Assembly (NCBI RefSeq): GCF_036365525.1
Contig: NC_090371.1
Coordinates: 113,784,388-113,848,387 of the forward strand
Source of the DNA: Heterodontus francisci
Taxonomy: Eukaryota
Length of the DNA stretch: 64,000 nt
Direction: 5' to 3'
Position numbers and translations under genes: made by a program. This document shows, piece by piece, positions 1-14,439 of the stretch. The notes beneath the pieces are model-generated. The model was not told the DNA's origin and made no database searches. It saw nothing but the letters and a program-made list of their open reading frames with translations. Numbering within the stretch: the first letter of the stretch is position 1; each line of letters begins with the position of its first letter.

Positions 1-721
1 GGAGCACTTTATTTCTTAGCTTGGACTGCTTCTGTTAGGAAAGGCAATTTTAACATTACAACTGAATATAGGATGGTTTAATTAAGATGGCAGTGAATCT
101 GTAATAAGTGGAAATATATACAATGATATTTCTGGATAATACCATGCGGCGTTTCATTTGTCTCCGAAACTTGTGCAAATATTTATCTGAAAGTTATCGA
201 CAGCAAAGTTCCTAGCTGTAACTGAATTTCCTCACTGAAACTGAATTTCCTATTCTTTTTCCTTATCTTTCACCTACCCTGCTATTGTTTGCCATGTGCT
301 ACCTCTTCCTCTGGCAGCAGGTTAAACCATCCAATTATTAGTAATCATAGTGAAGTACTTAAACTCATTGTACCCGATACCAAAATGCATAAGGTGGGTT
401 TACAATTAGTGCTTTAAGTCAAAAGAACAAGCAGTTTTAAAAGAATGAAACAAGCACAAGAAGCAATGGCTTAAACATGCTGACAAGCTGCTGCATATCA
501 TAGAAATGACTTGATTTTCAGAACAATTCTCACTCATCTAGATATCACTAAGGACAAAAGTGGAATTTTTACCCATGGCTTATCTGGTTTTCATTTAGTT
601 TTAAACAATTGCTTTAAACCTCAACACTCACTTTAAATCAATATGCTTACTTGGAAATCTGAGTAGTAGCTTTACAAAGTTCCAGCATGCAGCTTTGCTC
701 AGTGGGAGAACATATCAGGAA

Positions 722-1581
722 TAGTCATACTAGGTCCCCACCTGCCAAGAATGAGGCACATTAATTTTGTCATGAACATTGATTTTAAATTGTACTGGAG
801 TGAAGAAAGGACTTGTTAAACAGATCAGCCGTGGCTGGAAAAGACATTTGCATATTAACAGAGGGTGCTTGGAAGGCCAAAGGACCATTCCCTGACGTAT
901 TCAATCCACAATGGACCTTGATCACCAAGAGGAGCATTCCAGAGTCTGCTAAGGTGATTCAATCCAAGACTTGATCAGACCAGTTAGTTACGTGGCTAAC
1001 CTGCTTGGCAACCTGTGTTTTTCTGAATTGCAAGAACAGTTCGAACTCAAAGACTGTTTGCTCCTGGACTGAGAAGATCTCTCCTGTCTGCTCCCATCTC
1101 TCTCACAAGCCTCTGAATCCACTGAAAACACATGAACTCCAAGAGATAAAAGTCTCCTACAGGGAACAAGGTTTAAGAAGAATACTGGGCCCCAATGAAA
1201 AGCAAGATCTACCTACAATCAAGGGCTCTACATGAGCTCGAAGGACCATAACAAAAACTCTTCAGATATTTTTTCCACTTTTCTTCTGCTCTTTTCACTC
1301 TCTATCTACAAGTGTGTATCATGGGTGCATGCTAGCGTGGGCACGTCATATATTTGTAAGCGTTAACCGAATTAGAGTTTAAGTTTAATAAATTTCAACT
1401 TCTCTTCTCTAAGAAAGCCTGTTTGTGCTGGTTTCTCTGCCTTATAATTGGAAAGTGGTGAACAAGGATTCACCAAGGGGGGAGCTAAAAACACGGTGTG
1501 TTTAAAATTACACCCTGTTACGGCAAGACCAGGTGAAGGCTGAGAGGGATCCCTAAACCCCTTTCTCACCTGGTCATCACA
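722..1581 (+). mobile_element. Solo LTR (family A), probably Gypsy-type
   Basis: Starts T(a)GTCATAC and ends GGTCATCACA. Flanked by GGAA (718-721 / 1582-1585). Internal AATAAA. Homologous to 15726-16499. No PBS or internal domain follows. Confidence 0.8.
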
Positions 1582-2199
1582 GGAATTCTAATGCACGGTT
1601 CACATGACTTTCTGCCCTATATATAAAATGGTGAATAATGCATGCCTGAATTTATGATATCTTCTCTAAGTGGATGAGGTGCTGTGCCAAGAGCCGGATT
1701 TTGTAAAATTACTCCTGAAGTGTTTTATCTACTGCCTTTGAAGGGGGCAAATATTTTGATATGCTGATCTCTCAGCAGCAATGTTGTTAAGACTTGGAAG
1801 CTATCCTGTACAAGAAGCTATCCTGTAATCCCATTGGAGTAGGCAGTAGAAAGGAAGCTTCTTCCTCTAATCGGAAAACAAAAATTAAGTTGATGGCCTT
1901 GGTCTCAAATGGAATGGTCTATACCTGGTTAATACTGTATGTCTACACAATCATGGTCTTCAACATCCCCCAGCTAGTCATGCTGATGCCTTTACATCTA
2001 TAGGTTGCTGATGCTGCTCAGTTAATCACCTTTAATAAACATAGTGATCTTCAAGAAAGTGAAAATTCATTTGCAGAACAGGCACTATGAAAAGTAGCAC
2101 GTTTTGTGTAATAGTAGCTTACAGCTCATCCAGTCTTGCATGTGCTACAATTTCCTCCATCCTTTTTGGCCCTCACTACAACTCCATATCTTTAGCACC

Positions 2200-2986
2200 A
2201 ATTTAATTCACCGTTGTCTTAGGCTAAACCAGACTGTTCACAGCCTTGGTGTCCTACTCAGTCAAGAACTGAGCTTCTGACTCCATATACTTGCCATCAC
2301 AAAAACTACCTCCCCCCCATCTCTGAAGTCATCCACCTCCATGCCTACAGAAACAATAGCAACTTGTATTTATATAGCACATTTAATGCTTCACAGGAGC
2401 TTTATCAAAAGAAATTTGATCGAGCCAGGGATATTAGGGCAGATGATTTTTTTTTTCTGCTGATGAAACCTAGACCTCATTATTCACCATGCATTAACTT
2501 CAACTCATCTACAGCTCTGCTGGCACTATCCTATCCCTTTCCAAGTCGACTCAATTATCACCCTGATTCTTCTTAACCTACATTCAGTCTTGGTTCCATA
2601 AGGCCTCCGATTTAAAATTCTCAACTTGTGTTTGAACTTGTGTTTGACTGGCCTCACCAGTCCCCTACCTAGCTAACTCCTGCCCCAGCCTGACAACCTT
2701 CCCCATCCCTGGTACTCACGATTGCTCCAACTCTGCCTTTTTGTGCAACTTTCCCCTTTTATCTCACCACTGGCTGTGCTTTCAACCAATTCGGCCACAT
2801 TTTCCTGTATTTTTTCCTAAGCCACTCCACCTCTTCATCTCCCTTTCATCCTTTAACTGCCTTCTTAACACACCTGTGATCAAGCTTTTGACCCCCCATC
2901 TAATATCTGCTTCGTTAGCTCAGCATCCATTTCTTTGATTATGAGACCCTGTGAAAGGCAATATATAAATGCAAATTGCTGTTGTT
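2200..2986 (+). mobile_element. Degraded L2-like LINE 3' fragment, with an inverted L2 tail fragment inside (~2350-2446)
   Basis: 3' tail AAAGGCAATATATAAATGCAAATTGCTGTTG matches the tail at 14150-14187. The reverse-complement tail CAACTTGTATTTATATAGC lies at ~2360. Boundaries approximate. Confidence 0.5.
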
Positions 2987-3227
2987 ATAGTCTTCTCCCC
3001 ATGAGGGTAGTTAGCAACATTTTACACTGGAAGGTTTTGATAAACGCATATCATTAGAGACAGCGCACAGGCATCAGTTGTAATACATGCAATTACATAA
3101 CAGTTCAAGCACACTGTCAAAATTATTCAGCTGATCTGACAATTTCGAACCGCTGTCTCTGTACTGGACTTTAGTCACTTTCTTAATTGTTGGCATTTTA
3201 CTGTTTCCTAATCCAAACAGAAAAGGG

Positions 3228-4134
3228 AAGATGACACCAAAATTGGTGGTATAGTGGACAGTGAAGAAGGTTGTCTAAGGTTACAACAGGATATAGATAA
3301 ACTGGGAAAGTGGGCAAGGGATTGGCAAATGGAATTTAATGCAGACAAGTGCGAAGTGATGCATTTTGGGAAGTTAACGCAGGGCAGGACACATACAGTG
3401 AATGGCAGGGCCCTGGGGAGTGTTGTTGAGCAGAGAGATCTTGGGGTGCAAGTACATAGTTCCCTGAAAGTGGCAACACAGGTAGACAGGGTGGTGATGA
3501 AGGCGTATGGCATGCTTGCCTTCATCGGCCGAGGCATTGAGTACAAGAGTTGGGAAGTCATGTTACAGTTGTACATAACATTGGTTAGGCTGCATTTGGA
3601 GTACTGTGTGCAGTTCTGGTTGCCGCACTACAGGAAAGATGTGATTAAGCTAGAGAGGGTGCAGAAAAGATTCACAAGGATGTTGCCTGGTTTGGAGGGC
3701 TTGAGTTATAAAGAGAGATTGGATAGGCTGGGTCTATTTTCCCTGGAGCAAAGGAGGCTGAGAGGGGACATGATAAAGGTATATAAAATTATGAGAGGCA
3801 TAGATAGGGTAGATAGCCAGAGTCTGTTTCCCATGGTAGGGGTGACTAAAACTAGAGGGCATAGATTTAAGGTGAGAGGGAGGAGGTTTAAAGGGGATCA
3901 AAGGGGCAAGTTTTTCACACAAAGAATAGTGGGTATCTGGAATGAGCTGCCAGAGGAGGTGGTGGAGGCAGAAACAGTGGCAATATTTAAGAGGCATCTG
4001 GACAGGTACTTGAATGAGCAAGGCATAGAGGGATATGGAATCAATGCAGGCAGGTGGGATTAGTAGAGATAGGCATTATGCTCGGCACGGACGCGGTGAG
4101 CCGAAGGGCCTGTTTCTATGCTGTATGACTCTAT
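3228..4134 (+). mobile_element. 5'-truncated CR1 LINE (RT C-terminus and 3' tail)
   Basis: DDTKIGG start. ORF 3254-4063 has WQMEFNADKCEVMHFG, HLEYCVQFW and TRGHRFK. CR1 tail GCCGAAGGGCCTGTTTCT. Confidence 0.95.
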
Positions 4135-7047
4135 AAAAATTGGTGTAATGTTGGAAATCAGTGTGAAGTAGGCGATACACCGGGAATGCGTGTCCAAAGA
4201 AGCTGGTTGGAGGATTTCTTTGAATTGGGCCTCAGGTTCATCTCCATAAACTCAGTGAGTCATGGACAGCAATTGGGTGTCCCAAGGAGCTCACCAGTCC
4301 AGGCTTTGGAAAATCTAGCCGTCTCCAATGTGGAGCCATGTAGACTCCACCCAATTTATGCAGAATTTGGAAGCAGCGTCCTAAAATAGGTATTAGCATC
4401 TTCAAGAGGTCTCATACCAGTTTCAGGAGGGCACATTGGACACCTGGAATTCATTGGCTTTGAATTTGGCAGATGGTGCACTCTCAGAAAAATTGGAGGT
4501 GTGAGATTGCACCTGAAAATTGGTCACCTTGTCACAATATGCTGCCCTACAATGAACAATTACATCACCATACTGCTGCGACCTCAGTGAGACCATTAAC
4601 AAGAAAGTATGAGCTATCAATCTCCAGACCAATTTAAAGAATTACACAAGATTTCACAAATTAAGTCTATTATGACAACTAAGAAATCCCCAATTAACTG
4701 AATAGTACTTTGTAAGTACCCAAATACCCCAAATTACAAAGAAAGATATTTTCCTTACTTATTACAAATACTTAAAAACTTCACAGCACACTTATATGTT
4801 ACACAGTCCTTATTGATGACAAAATACTTTGCGGTTAAAAGTCCCAAACTCCTCCCAGCTGCAATGGATTGGATCTCCCAGACTATTTCAAAAATCAATG
4901 TTCTCTTCCCTCACTTCAAGCACTTCTGATCTGGGCATCCATGAACAAGGTGTTTTCTGGTGATTTTGCTGCTCTTCTACTTCTCTGCAAGCTTTAACCC
5001 TCAAACAGGTGCAAGGCTTGCTGTCTTTTACTGTAACAGCTTCCAAGAACAGGTGTCTCTTCTCTCCCTCTCTCGCGAGGCCACAATGCTCGTTTCTTCT
5101 GTTACAGTCTGCTGTGAGATTGCAACCACTGAGTTCCCTTCTTCCAGCCTGTCTTGAGGCCACAGTCGTTGGTTTCTTCTTACAGCCTGTTTGCCTTCAG
5201 AAAGTCAGGAGTCAATAGCTTATTGTATTGTTTCAAAAATGCAGAGTTTAGAGAGCCACTTGGGCCTTTCCATTGCTCCCAGGTGCTAACAGCTGCCTGG
5301 TACATTACATCTTCCAAATTATTGATTCCTTTTGTTTATGACCCAAAAGTCTGGGAGGGCGAAACCCACCATTCTTCAGTCAGCCCTGCAGTCTCTGTTT
5401 TCCAGAAGAAAGTTTTTGATCAGTGTTTTCTGCTGTAGCCTTTCGCAGGATGGAGGTAAGGTCACCTGACTTTCTGGACTCGAACTTTTAAAAAGCACAA
5501 TTTTTAAAAACATAATCATGTTACAAGGTCCAGCATTCATAATACATAATAGTTGCAAAAAAAACTGAAGCCTGAAATGGAAAAATAAAAAAATGCTGGT
5601 GAATATATAAAATAAATTGGAAAAAATTAGCACAATTAATGGAAGAACTAATGAAATCGCCAAATGGAAAGTGCAAAGCAAGACTGCTGAACCACTCTCA
5701 CCTGAAAAAACAGATTCCTAAAATCATTCAAGCCAGTTACTAAGTGAGTTCTAAAATTTGCTACAAACAAACATTTTAAAGATCAAAGAAAGTTGATATG
5801 GGATAGCTTCTCACAACTTGGCATTCTGGGGAAAATTTATGTTGAATATCAATACAGGTTGATTTCCGTATCATAGTTTAGTCAATGATACTGATATTCA
5901 GGCCAAAGATTTAAAAATCAATATACTATTTGTGCCAGTGTCATAGGATGTAAAGCTTATGCACACAACTTGCTACAATCAGAATTACAATCTTGGCTCA
6001 GTTGTCAGTGAATGACATGAGCTGATGTGAGGCCCTTTCCCAAGCAGGAGGGAGCAGAAAGTAAACCAAAATTCAGGACAATGTTATGGTTGCCTCTCTC
6101 CCATCCAGGAAATCAGGATGAGACCGACACCTGTTCCTTGATCAAAACAATTACAAAAAAAATTGTGTCCGAGGGGTTGTGGCTGGACAGGGGAGGTTGA
6201 CGCAAGGGCTGTGAACCAATTTTCAGGCACAATCTCACAGCAAATTCCCCTGAAAGTACGCCATCTGCTAAATTGAAAGCCAGTGACTTACAAGCGTCTA
6301 GCCCTCTCGTCTGAAACAGGCCTGAGGCCTCCTGAATATGCTAATCAGAGTCTGTTTTAGGATCCCACTTCCAAATTCAGCATTGGAGCTGGACAAATTT
6401 TCCTAAGCTCGGGCCAACGAGTTCCCTTTGGCCTCCCCACTGGCTTCCATAACTCATCTGGTTTATGGAGATAAGACCTGAAGCTCAATTCAGAGAACCT
6501 CCACCCAACATCTTCGGACATATGCTCCAGGTGCGTCACCCACTTCCCGTTGATTTCTGCTGCCAAAACAATTCCTCTCCCATTGTCTTTTCTTTTCATT
6601 GGGAAACAATAAAGTACCAACAATTAAGAATGCAACTCAAATGCATTACAGAGGCAGTGGTTGGAAACTGTTTTCAATCCATTGTCTTCAAGCCTGTATA
6701 AACAAAATCAAACCCAATTTATGATCAGTCAGTTTCCTGTTACTTTTTTTTCAGATCATCTCCATTTTAACAACGCTCCGTCCCCACAACCCAGTTATCA
6801 CTGGGCCGGGCGTTAATGATCCACGCTAAGAATCAGGTAACTGTAAAATATTTTATGCCTAAATTACAAACATGGTAATTGGGTTTGATCCCTTGAAATT
6901 CTGTTTTATTAAGCAGTTTTGCATTCGGAGTAGATGGCATAATTCTCTTGAAAACACTAATTTATTATCAGTGTGTACCGCAGACTAAGCAGCCACAGCA
7001 TGTGGCTATTTCCAATAACTCAAAATTACTAGAGTTTCAATTTTATG

Positions 7048-8589
7048 CTGTGTGAAAAAGAATTTCCTCATGTCACTTTTGCTTCTCTTACCAAATACAG
7101 TAAATCTGTGTCCTCTCTTTCTTGATCCTTTCACGAGTGGGAACAGTTTCTCTCTATCTATTCTGTCCAGACCCCTCATGATTTTGAATAACTCTATCAA
7201 ATCACCCTCAACCTTCTCTTCTTGGAAAACAGTCCTAACTTCTCCAATCTATCTTCATAACTGAAGTTCCTCATCCCTGGAACCATTTTCATGAATCTTT
7301 TCTGTACTCACGTCTTTCCGAAAGTGCGGCGCCCAGAATTGGATGCAATACTCCAGCTGAGGCCGAACTGGTGTCTCATACAAGTTCAATATAACTTCCT
7401 TGTTCTTGTACTCTATGCCCCTATTAATAAAGCCCAGGACACTGTATGCTTTATTAATCGCTCTCTCAACTTGTCCTGCCACCTTCAATGACCTATGCAC
7501 ATATACACCTAGGTCCCTCTGCTCCTGCATCCCCTTTAGAATTGTACCCTTTATTCTATATTGTCTCTCCATCTTCTTCCTACCAAAATGGATCAGTTCA
7601 CATTTCTCTACATTGAACATCATTTGCCACCTGTCGGCCCATTCCACCAACTTGTCTATGTCCTTTTGAAGTTCTACACTATCCTCCTCGCAGTTCACAA
7701 TCCTTCCAAGTTTCGTATCATCTACAAACTTTGAAATTGTGTCCTGTACACCAAGGTCTAGGTCAGGAAATATCAGGAAAAGCAAGGGTCCCAACACTGA
7801 TCCCTGGGGAACTCCACTCCAAACCTTCTTCCAGCCTGAAAACCATCCATTAACCACTAATCTTTGTTTCCTGTAACTCAGCCAATTCCATATCCATGCT
7901 GCTACCGTCCCTTTTAGTCCATGAGCTACAAGTTTGCTCACAAGTCTGTTGTGTGGCACTGTATCAAATGCCTTTTGAAAGTCCATGTACGCCACATCAA
8001 CAGCATTGGCCTCATTAACCCTCTCCTCAAAAAACTCCAGCAAGTTAGTTAAACATGATTTTCCCTTAAGAACTCCATGCAGGCTTTCCTTAATTAACTC
8101 ACATTTGTCCATGTGACGATTGATTTTGTGCCGAAATATTCTTTCTAGAAGTTTTCCCACCACCAAAGTTAAACTGACTGGCCTGTAATTGTTGGGCTTA
8201 TCATTACACCCTTTTTTGAACAAGGGTGTAACGTTTGCAATGCTCCAGTTCTCTGGCACCACCCCCGAGTCTAACGAAGACTGAAAGATTATGGTCAGTG
8301 CCTCTGCAATTTCCACCCTCACTTCCCTCAGTATCCTTGGATGCATCTCATCTGCTCCTGGTGTTTTATCCACTTTAAGTACAGGCGGCCTATCTAATAC
8401 TTCCTTTTTATCAATTTTAAACACCTCTAGTGTCTGACTTACCTACTTTCAACATTGCCTGGGCTGCATCTTCTTCCTTGGTAAAGACAGATGCAAAGTA
8501 TTCATTTGATACCTCAACTGTGCCCTCTCCCTTCATGTGTAAATGCCCTTGCTGGTCCATAATCGGCCCCACTCCTTTTATCACCCTTT
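7048..8589 (-). mobile_element. CR1 LINE ORF2 (RT) fragment
   Basis: ORF 7255-8424 has [30 protein letters not shown] and FVDDTKL. Same subfamily as 41056-42350. Confidence 0.95.
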
Positions 8590-9265
8590 CAAGCACTACT
8601 TAAAAAGAAACTCACTATTGCATTGCTAGTGGAGCTGTGATGAGAACTGTAGTGTATTTTTTAATTATTCATTTTATATGTAGTGTATTGTTCATTTGAG
8701 GTCACCGTACATCCTTGGTATAGCATGTGCAGTGTGCCACTAGAGGGTGTTGATAATAAAGTTTTGGTTTAGAGCAGCAATCCAGAGGTTAGTGCCATGT
8801 GTTCCTTCCAGAGATTTACATTAGCAGAGATACCATGTGAGATCTTATAATGGCTACAAGGTCTGAATCTTCATTTACTTTATAGCCAGGTATACTTTGC
8901 TGTGCTTTCAGTCGTCAACTCCATGTAATGCAGATCGTCAAATACAGACAATATCTGCGGTTTGTGTATCTTTGTGCAGCTAATGCAGGACACCAATGCA
9001 AGGGTAGCTTGGTCTGCTTAAATCTTCAGCCATCTGGCAACGTGCCACCCAGAGCATTCCACATCTGCAGTGGAAGTTGGTGCAAACAGCTCACATATAT
9101 GGCTCCATGAAAACTGCACCTAATCAGCACTTGAATGCTCAAGCTACAGGTGTCTGGTTTAGCATTTCCAGGCAAATTCAAATTATGGTAATCAGCAATT
9201 AGGACCAAAACTCTGTGCTAAATCCAAACTTTCCAATAGGCTAGTCTTAGTAGCACTGCACCCAT

Positions 9266-12200
9266 TTAGAGTCATTTAAGGCACAGAAGGAGACCATTTG
9301 GCCCATCATGTCTATGCTAGCTCTCTATGGAGCACTGCAGTTAGTCTCACTCCCAGCTTGATTGCTGTAGATCTGCGAGTTTATTTCTCTCAGGTGTCCA
9401 TCCAATTTCCTCTTGAAGTCATTGATTGTTTCCACCACCCTTGTGGGCAGAGGGTTCCAGGTCATTGCCATCCGCTGCATAAAAAAGTGCTTTCTCATAT
9501 TCCCTCTGCATCCTTTGCCCAAAACTTTCAATGTGTCGACTAGTCCTTGTACCATTTGTTAAAGGGAACAGTTTTACCTTATCTAAACCTATCATAATCT
9601 TGTACACTTCTATTAAATCTCCCCCAATCCTCTTTGTTCCAAGGAGAACAAATCCAGCTTTTCCAACCTAACCTTGTAACTAATATCCTCCATCCTTGGA
9701 AACATTCTGGTAAATCTCCTCTACACCCTCTCAAGGACTTTCACATCCTTCCTGAAGAGTGGTGACCAGAACTGGGCACAATACCCCAGCTGAGGCCTAA
9801 CCAGAGCTTTATAAAGGTTGATCACCACTTGGAGGAAGCAGTGAGGGTGGCAAGGGCGCAGAATGTACTCTGGGTGGGGGATTTCAATATCCATCACCAA
9901 GAATGGCTTGGTAGCACTATTACTTACCGAGCTGGCCGAGTCCTAAAGGACATATCTGCTAGACTGGGTCTGCGGCAGGTGGTGAGGAAACCAACAAGAG
10001 GGAAAAACATACTTGACCTTGTCCTCACCCATCTGCCTGTCACAGATGCATCTGGCCATGACAGTAGGAGTGACCACCGCACAGCCCTTGTGGAGACAAA
10101 GTCCCATCTTCACTTTGAGGATACCTTCCATCGTGTCGTATGGCACTACCCACAGTGTTAAATGGGATAGATTTTGAACAGATCTAACAATGCAAAACTG
10201 GGCATTCATGAGGCGCTGTGAGCCATCAGCAGCAGCAGAATTGTACTCAACTAAAATTTGTAACCTCATGGCCCGGTATATTCCCCACTCTACCATCACC
10301 CTCGAGCCAGGGGATCAACCCTAGTCCATTGAAGAGTGCAGGAGGGCATGCCAAGAGCAGCACCAGGCATAATTCAAAAGCAGGTGTCAACCTGGTGAAG
10401 CTACAACATGGGCCTATTTGCATGCCATCAGTGCAAGCAGCATGCGATAAATAGAGCTAAGCGATCCGATAACCAATGGATCAGATCTAAGCTCTGCAGT
10501 CCTGCCACATCCAGCCGTGAATGGTGGTGGACAATTAAACAACTAACTGGAGGAGGCGGCTCCACAAATATCCCATCCTCATTGATGTGGGAGCCCAGCA
10601 CATCAGTGCGAAAGATAAGGCTGAAGCATTTGCAACAATCTTCAGCCAGAAGTCCCAAGTGGATGATCCATCTCGGCCTCCTCCTGAAGTTCTCAGCATT
10701 ACAGATGCCAGACTTCAGCCAATTCAATTCACTCGCGTGATATCAAGAAACGACTGAAGGCAGTGGATACCGAAAAGGCTATGGGCCCTGACAACATTAC
10801 AGCAATAGTGACCTGTGTTCCAGAACTGGCCGCGCCCATAGCTAAGTTGTTCCAGTACAGCTACAACACTGGCATCAACCCAGCAAATTGGCAAATTGCC
10901 CAGATATGTCCTGTACACAAAAAGCAGGACAAATCCAACCCGGCCGATTACTGCCCCATCTACTCTCAATCATCAGTAAAGTGATGGAAGGTGTTGTAGA
11001 CAATGCCATCAAGCGGCACTTGCTTAGCAATAACCTGCTCAGAGATGCTCAGTTTGGGTTCCGCCAGGGCCACTCAGCTCCTGACCTCATTACAGCCTTG
11101 GTTCAAACATGGACAAAAGAGCTGAACTCAAGAGGTGAGGTGAGAGTGACTGCCCTTGACATCAAGGCAGCATTTGACTGAGTATGGCATCAAGGAGCCC
11201 AAGCAAAACTGGATTCAATGGGAATCGGGGGAGAACTCTCTGCTGGTTGGAGTCATACCTAGCGGAAAGGAAGATGGTTGTGGTTGTTGGAGGTCAATCA
11301 CCTGAGCTCCAGGACATCACTGCAGGAGTTCCTCAGGATAGTGTCCTAGACCCAACCATGTTCAGCTGCTTCATCAATGACATTCCCTCCATCATAATGT
11401 CAGAAATGGGGATGTTCGCTGATTGCACAACGTTCAGCACCATTCGCGACTCCTCAGATACTGAAGCAGTCCGTGTAGAAATGCAGCAAGACTTGGACAA
11501 TATCCAGGCTTGGGCTAATAAGTGGCAAGTAACATTCGTGCCACACAAGTGCCATGCAATGACCAGCTCAAACAAGAGAGAATCTAACCATCTCCCCTTG
11601 ACATTCAATGGCATTATGATCGCTGAATCCTCCACTATCAACATCCTGGGGATTACCATGAACCAGATATTGAACTGGAGTAGCCATATAAATACCGTGG
11701 CTACAAGAGCAGGTCAGAGGCGAGGAATCCTGCAGCGACTAACTCACCTCCTGACTCCCCAAAGTCTGTCCACCCATCTACAAGCCACAAGTCAGGAGTG
11801 TGATGGAATACTCTCCACTCACCTGGATGGGTGCAGCTCCAACAACACTCAAGAAGCTCAACACCATCCAAGACGAAGCAGCCCGCTTGATTGGCACCCC
11901 ATCCACAAACATTCACTTCCTCCACCACCGGCGCACAGTGGCAGCAGTGTACACCATCAACAAGATGCACTGCAGCAACGCACCAAGGCTCCTTAGCCAG
12001 CACCTTCCAAACCCACGACATCTACCAACTAGGAGGACAAGGGCAGCAGCTGCATGGAACAGCACCACCTGCAAGTTCCCCTCCAAGCCACACACCATCC
12101 TGACTTGGAACTATATCGCCGTTCCTTCACTGTCGCTGGGTCAAAATCTTGTAATTCCCTTCTTACCTGTATTGTGGGTGTACCTACAACCCAAGTTCTG

Positions 12201-13341
12201 CAGCGGTTCAAGGCGGCGGCTCATCATCACGTTCTCAAGGGCAATTAGGGATGGGCAATAAATTCTGGCCTAACCAGCAATGCCCATACCCCATGAATGA
12301 ATAAAAAAGCATAACTTCCCTGCTTTGGTACTCAATGCCTCTATTTATGAAGCCCAAGGTCCCATATGCTTTACTAACCACACACTCAATATGTCCTGCC
12401 ACCTTCAAAGACTTATGTACATGCACTCCCAGGTCCCTCGGTTCCTAAATTTGCCATTTACTATTTTGAAACCATGTCACCTTTCCTACTCTCAATTTAT
12501 TTTTAAATCAGTTTTTTTGTGTACCTGCACTTTTTTGAACGGTGCTATTAAGTATATATTGCCTCTCCCGACTCCTTCTGCCAACATGCATCAACTCACA
12601 CTTGTCTGCATTAAATTCCATCTTCCACCTCTCTACCCATTATGCTAGCCAGGTGTTTCATATCATCCACATTGTTTGCCACACCTACAAGTTTGGTGTC
12701 ATCAGCAAATTTTCAGGTTCTACTCTGTATTCCAAGATCCAAGTCATTTATATATAGCACAAAAAGTGGCCCTTGGGGAACACCACTGTCTACCATCCTC
12801 CAGTCTAAAAAGCTTTTTTTTTCTTTACTATGACTCACTGTTTTCCGTCCTTAAGCTGATTTTTTAAAATCCAATTAAAATTGGAGACTGATCCTCCTAT
12901 TCGAGGAGCCTCAATGTTGTTAACCAACCTGTTATATGGCACCTTATCAAACACTTTCTTAAAATCCATACAAACAACATCCACCGCATTCTCTTCATCA
13001 ACCTTCTCTGTTACTTCATCAAAAAATTCAATTAGATTAGTCAAGCATGATCTGTCATTTACAAATCCATGCTGGCTATCCTCAACTCAAACCTGTCTGA
13101 ATGTCCGTTGATATTTTCCCTGATTATTGTTTCTAAAACTTTACCTACCACTGATGTTAAACTAACTGACCTGTAGTTGCTGGACTGTCCTATTTGCCAC
13201 TCTCCAATCCTCTGGCACTCCCCCATATCCAGGTAAGATTGGAATATTATGGCAAATCCTTACGCTATTTCTGCCCCCACTTCCTTTAGCAACCTGGGAT
13301 GCAAACCATCGGGACCAGATGACTTATGTACCCTAAACATA
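9266..13341 (-). mobile_element. CR1 LINE (subfamily shared with 54358-56676), split by a nested LINE at 9820-12308
   Basis: The halves rejoin as ...CTTTATAAAGGTT|AGCATAACTTCC..., which is contiguous in the sister copy at ~54875-54900. RT motifs LTNLIEFF and MDFKKVFDKVP. Confidence 0.9.
9820..12308 (+). mobile_element. 5'-truncated non-LTR retrotransposon 'family B' (APE endonuclease and RT, CR1/L2-group), decayed
   Basis: APE motifs [14 protein letters not shown] and SDH. RT motifs QFGFRQGHS, LDIKAAFD, GVPQDSVL and FADC. Tail ATGAATGAATAAAAAA. Several frameshifts. Confidence 0.9.
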
Positions 13342-13394
13342 GGGTACCTCCTCCCTCAATCTTTTAGCACCTAATTACATTCTTTGACCAAAAT

Positions 13395-14187
13395 AACCCC
13401 CAAAACTCTCCTGCCCATATCCTAACTCACAAGAAGTCCTATTCGCCGATCACCTCCATGCTTGCTGACCTTCATTGGCTCCCGGTTAAGAAATGCCTCT
13501 TTTAAAATTCTCCTCCGTTTCCAAATCCCTCCATGATGCTGCTCCTCCTGATCGCTGTAACCTCCTCCAATCCTACAACCCTGAGATACCTGCACTCCTC
13601 CAATTCTGGCATCTTGTGCATCCCCAATTTTAATTGCTCTAAATTGGTGACAATGCCTTCAGCTGCCCAGGACCTAAACTCGAATTCACTTCCTAAATTG
13701 GGGTGGCACAGTGGTTAGCACTGCAGCCTCACAGCTCCAGAGACCCAGGTTCAGTTCTGGGTACTGCCTGTGTGGAGTTTGCAAGTTCTCCCTATGACTG
13801 CGTGTGTTTCCGGCAGGTGCTCCGGTTTCCTCCCACAGCCAAAGACTTGCAGGTTGATAGGTAAATTGGCCATTGTAAATTGCCCCTAGTGTCGGTAGGT
13901 GGTAGGAGAATTGACGGAAGGTGGGGATGTGGTAGGGAATATGGGATTAATGTAGGATTAGTATAAATGGGTGGCTGATGGTCGGTACAGACTCGGTGGG
14001 CCGAAGGTACCTGTTTCAGTGTGTATCTCTCTATGACTCTAAATCCCTCTCCCTTTCTTTCCTCCTTTCACACACTGCTTAAAACTTGCCTCTCATCTGC
14101 CCCATCAAATTTTTTTGATAACGCTCCTGTAGACCTTGGGATGTTTTACTATGTAAAAGGCACTATATAAATGCAAGTTGTCGTTGC
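13395..14187 (+). mobile_element. L2 LINE 3' fragment, interrupted by a SINE
   Basis: Translates to ITSMLADLHWLPVK..FKIL, an L2-type RT C-terminal motif. Tail GGCACTATATAAATGCAAGTTGTCGTTG. Confidence 0.75.
13700..14040 (+). mobile_element. tRNA-derived SINE with CR1-like tail (HE1/V-SINE-like)
   Basis: tRNA-like head with degenerate A/B boxes, core GGAGTTTGCAAGTTCTCCC, tail TCGGTGGGCCGAAGG. Homologous to three other copies in the window. Confidence 0.9.
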
Positions 14188-14439
14188 TAAATATGTGTAT
14201 TTGGTACCTTATCTGTAGGATTATTTGAACTGGTAATAGCTTAATTAATTGGTTATATAAATGGTGTGATCCGCTGTTCTCTGACTAATATTACCCGTGA
14301 GAATTGGATTATTATGTTAATTAAAATAGTGCAAAATTGAGGTTATTGGTGAGAGATTAGTCTACAACTGCAAAACATCAGTGCAAAAGATGTCATGGTA
14401 TTTATGGATAAGGAATGCTATTTGTCCTATTTTAGTTCT

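Noticed and set aside
4700-5546. Possible reverse-oriented solo LTR
   Set aside because: LTR-like composition and TGT/ACA candidates are present, but no matching TSD or second copy was found.
6755-6836. Plus-strand exon-like segment (ttttttttcag|...CAG|gtaact)
   Set aside because: Stop codons in all three frames and no partner exons. It could only be a non-coding exon, which cannot be supported from sequence alone.
13700-13775. tRNA-like sequences (also at 19590-19663, 36741-36810 and 57909-57980)
   Set aside because: These are SINE heads continuing into core and CR1-tail sequence, not tRNA genes.
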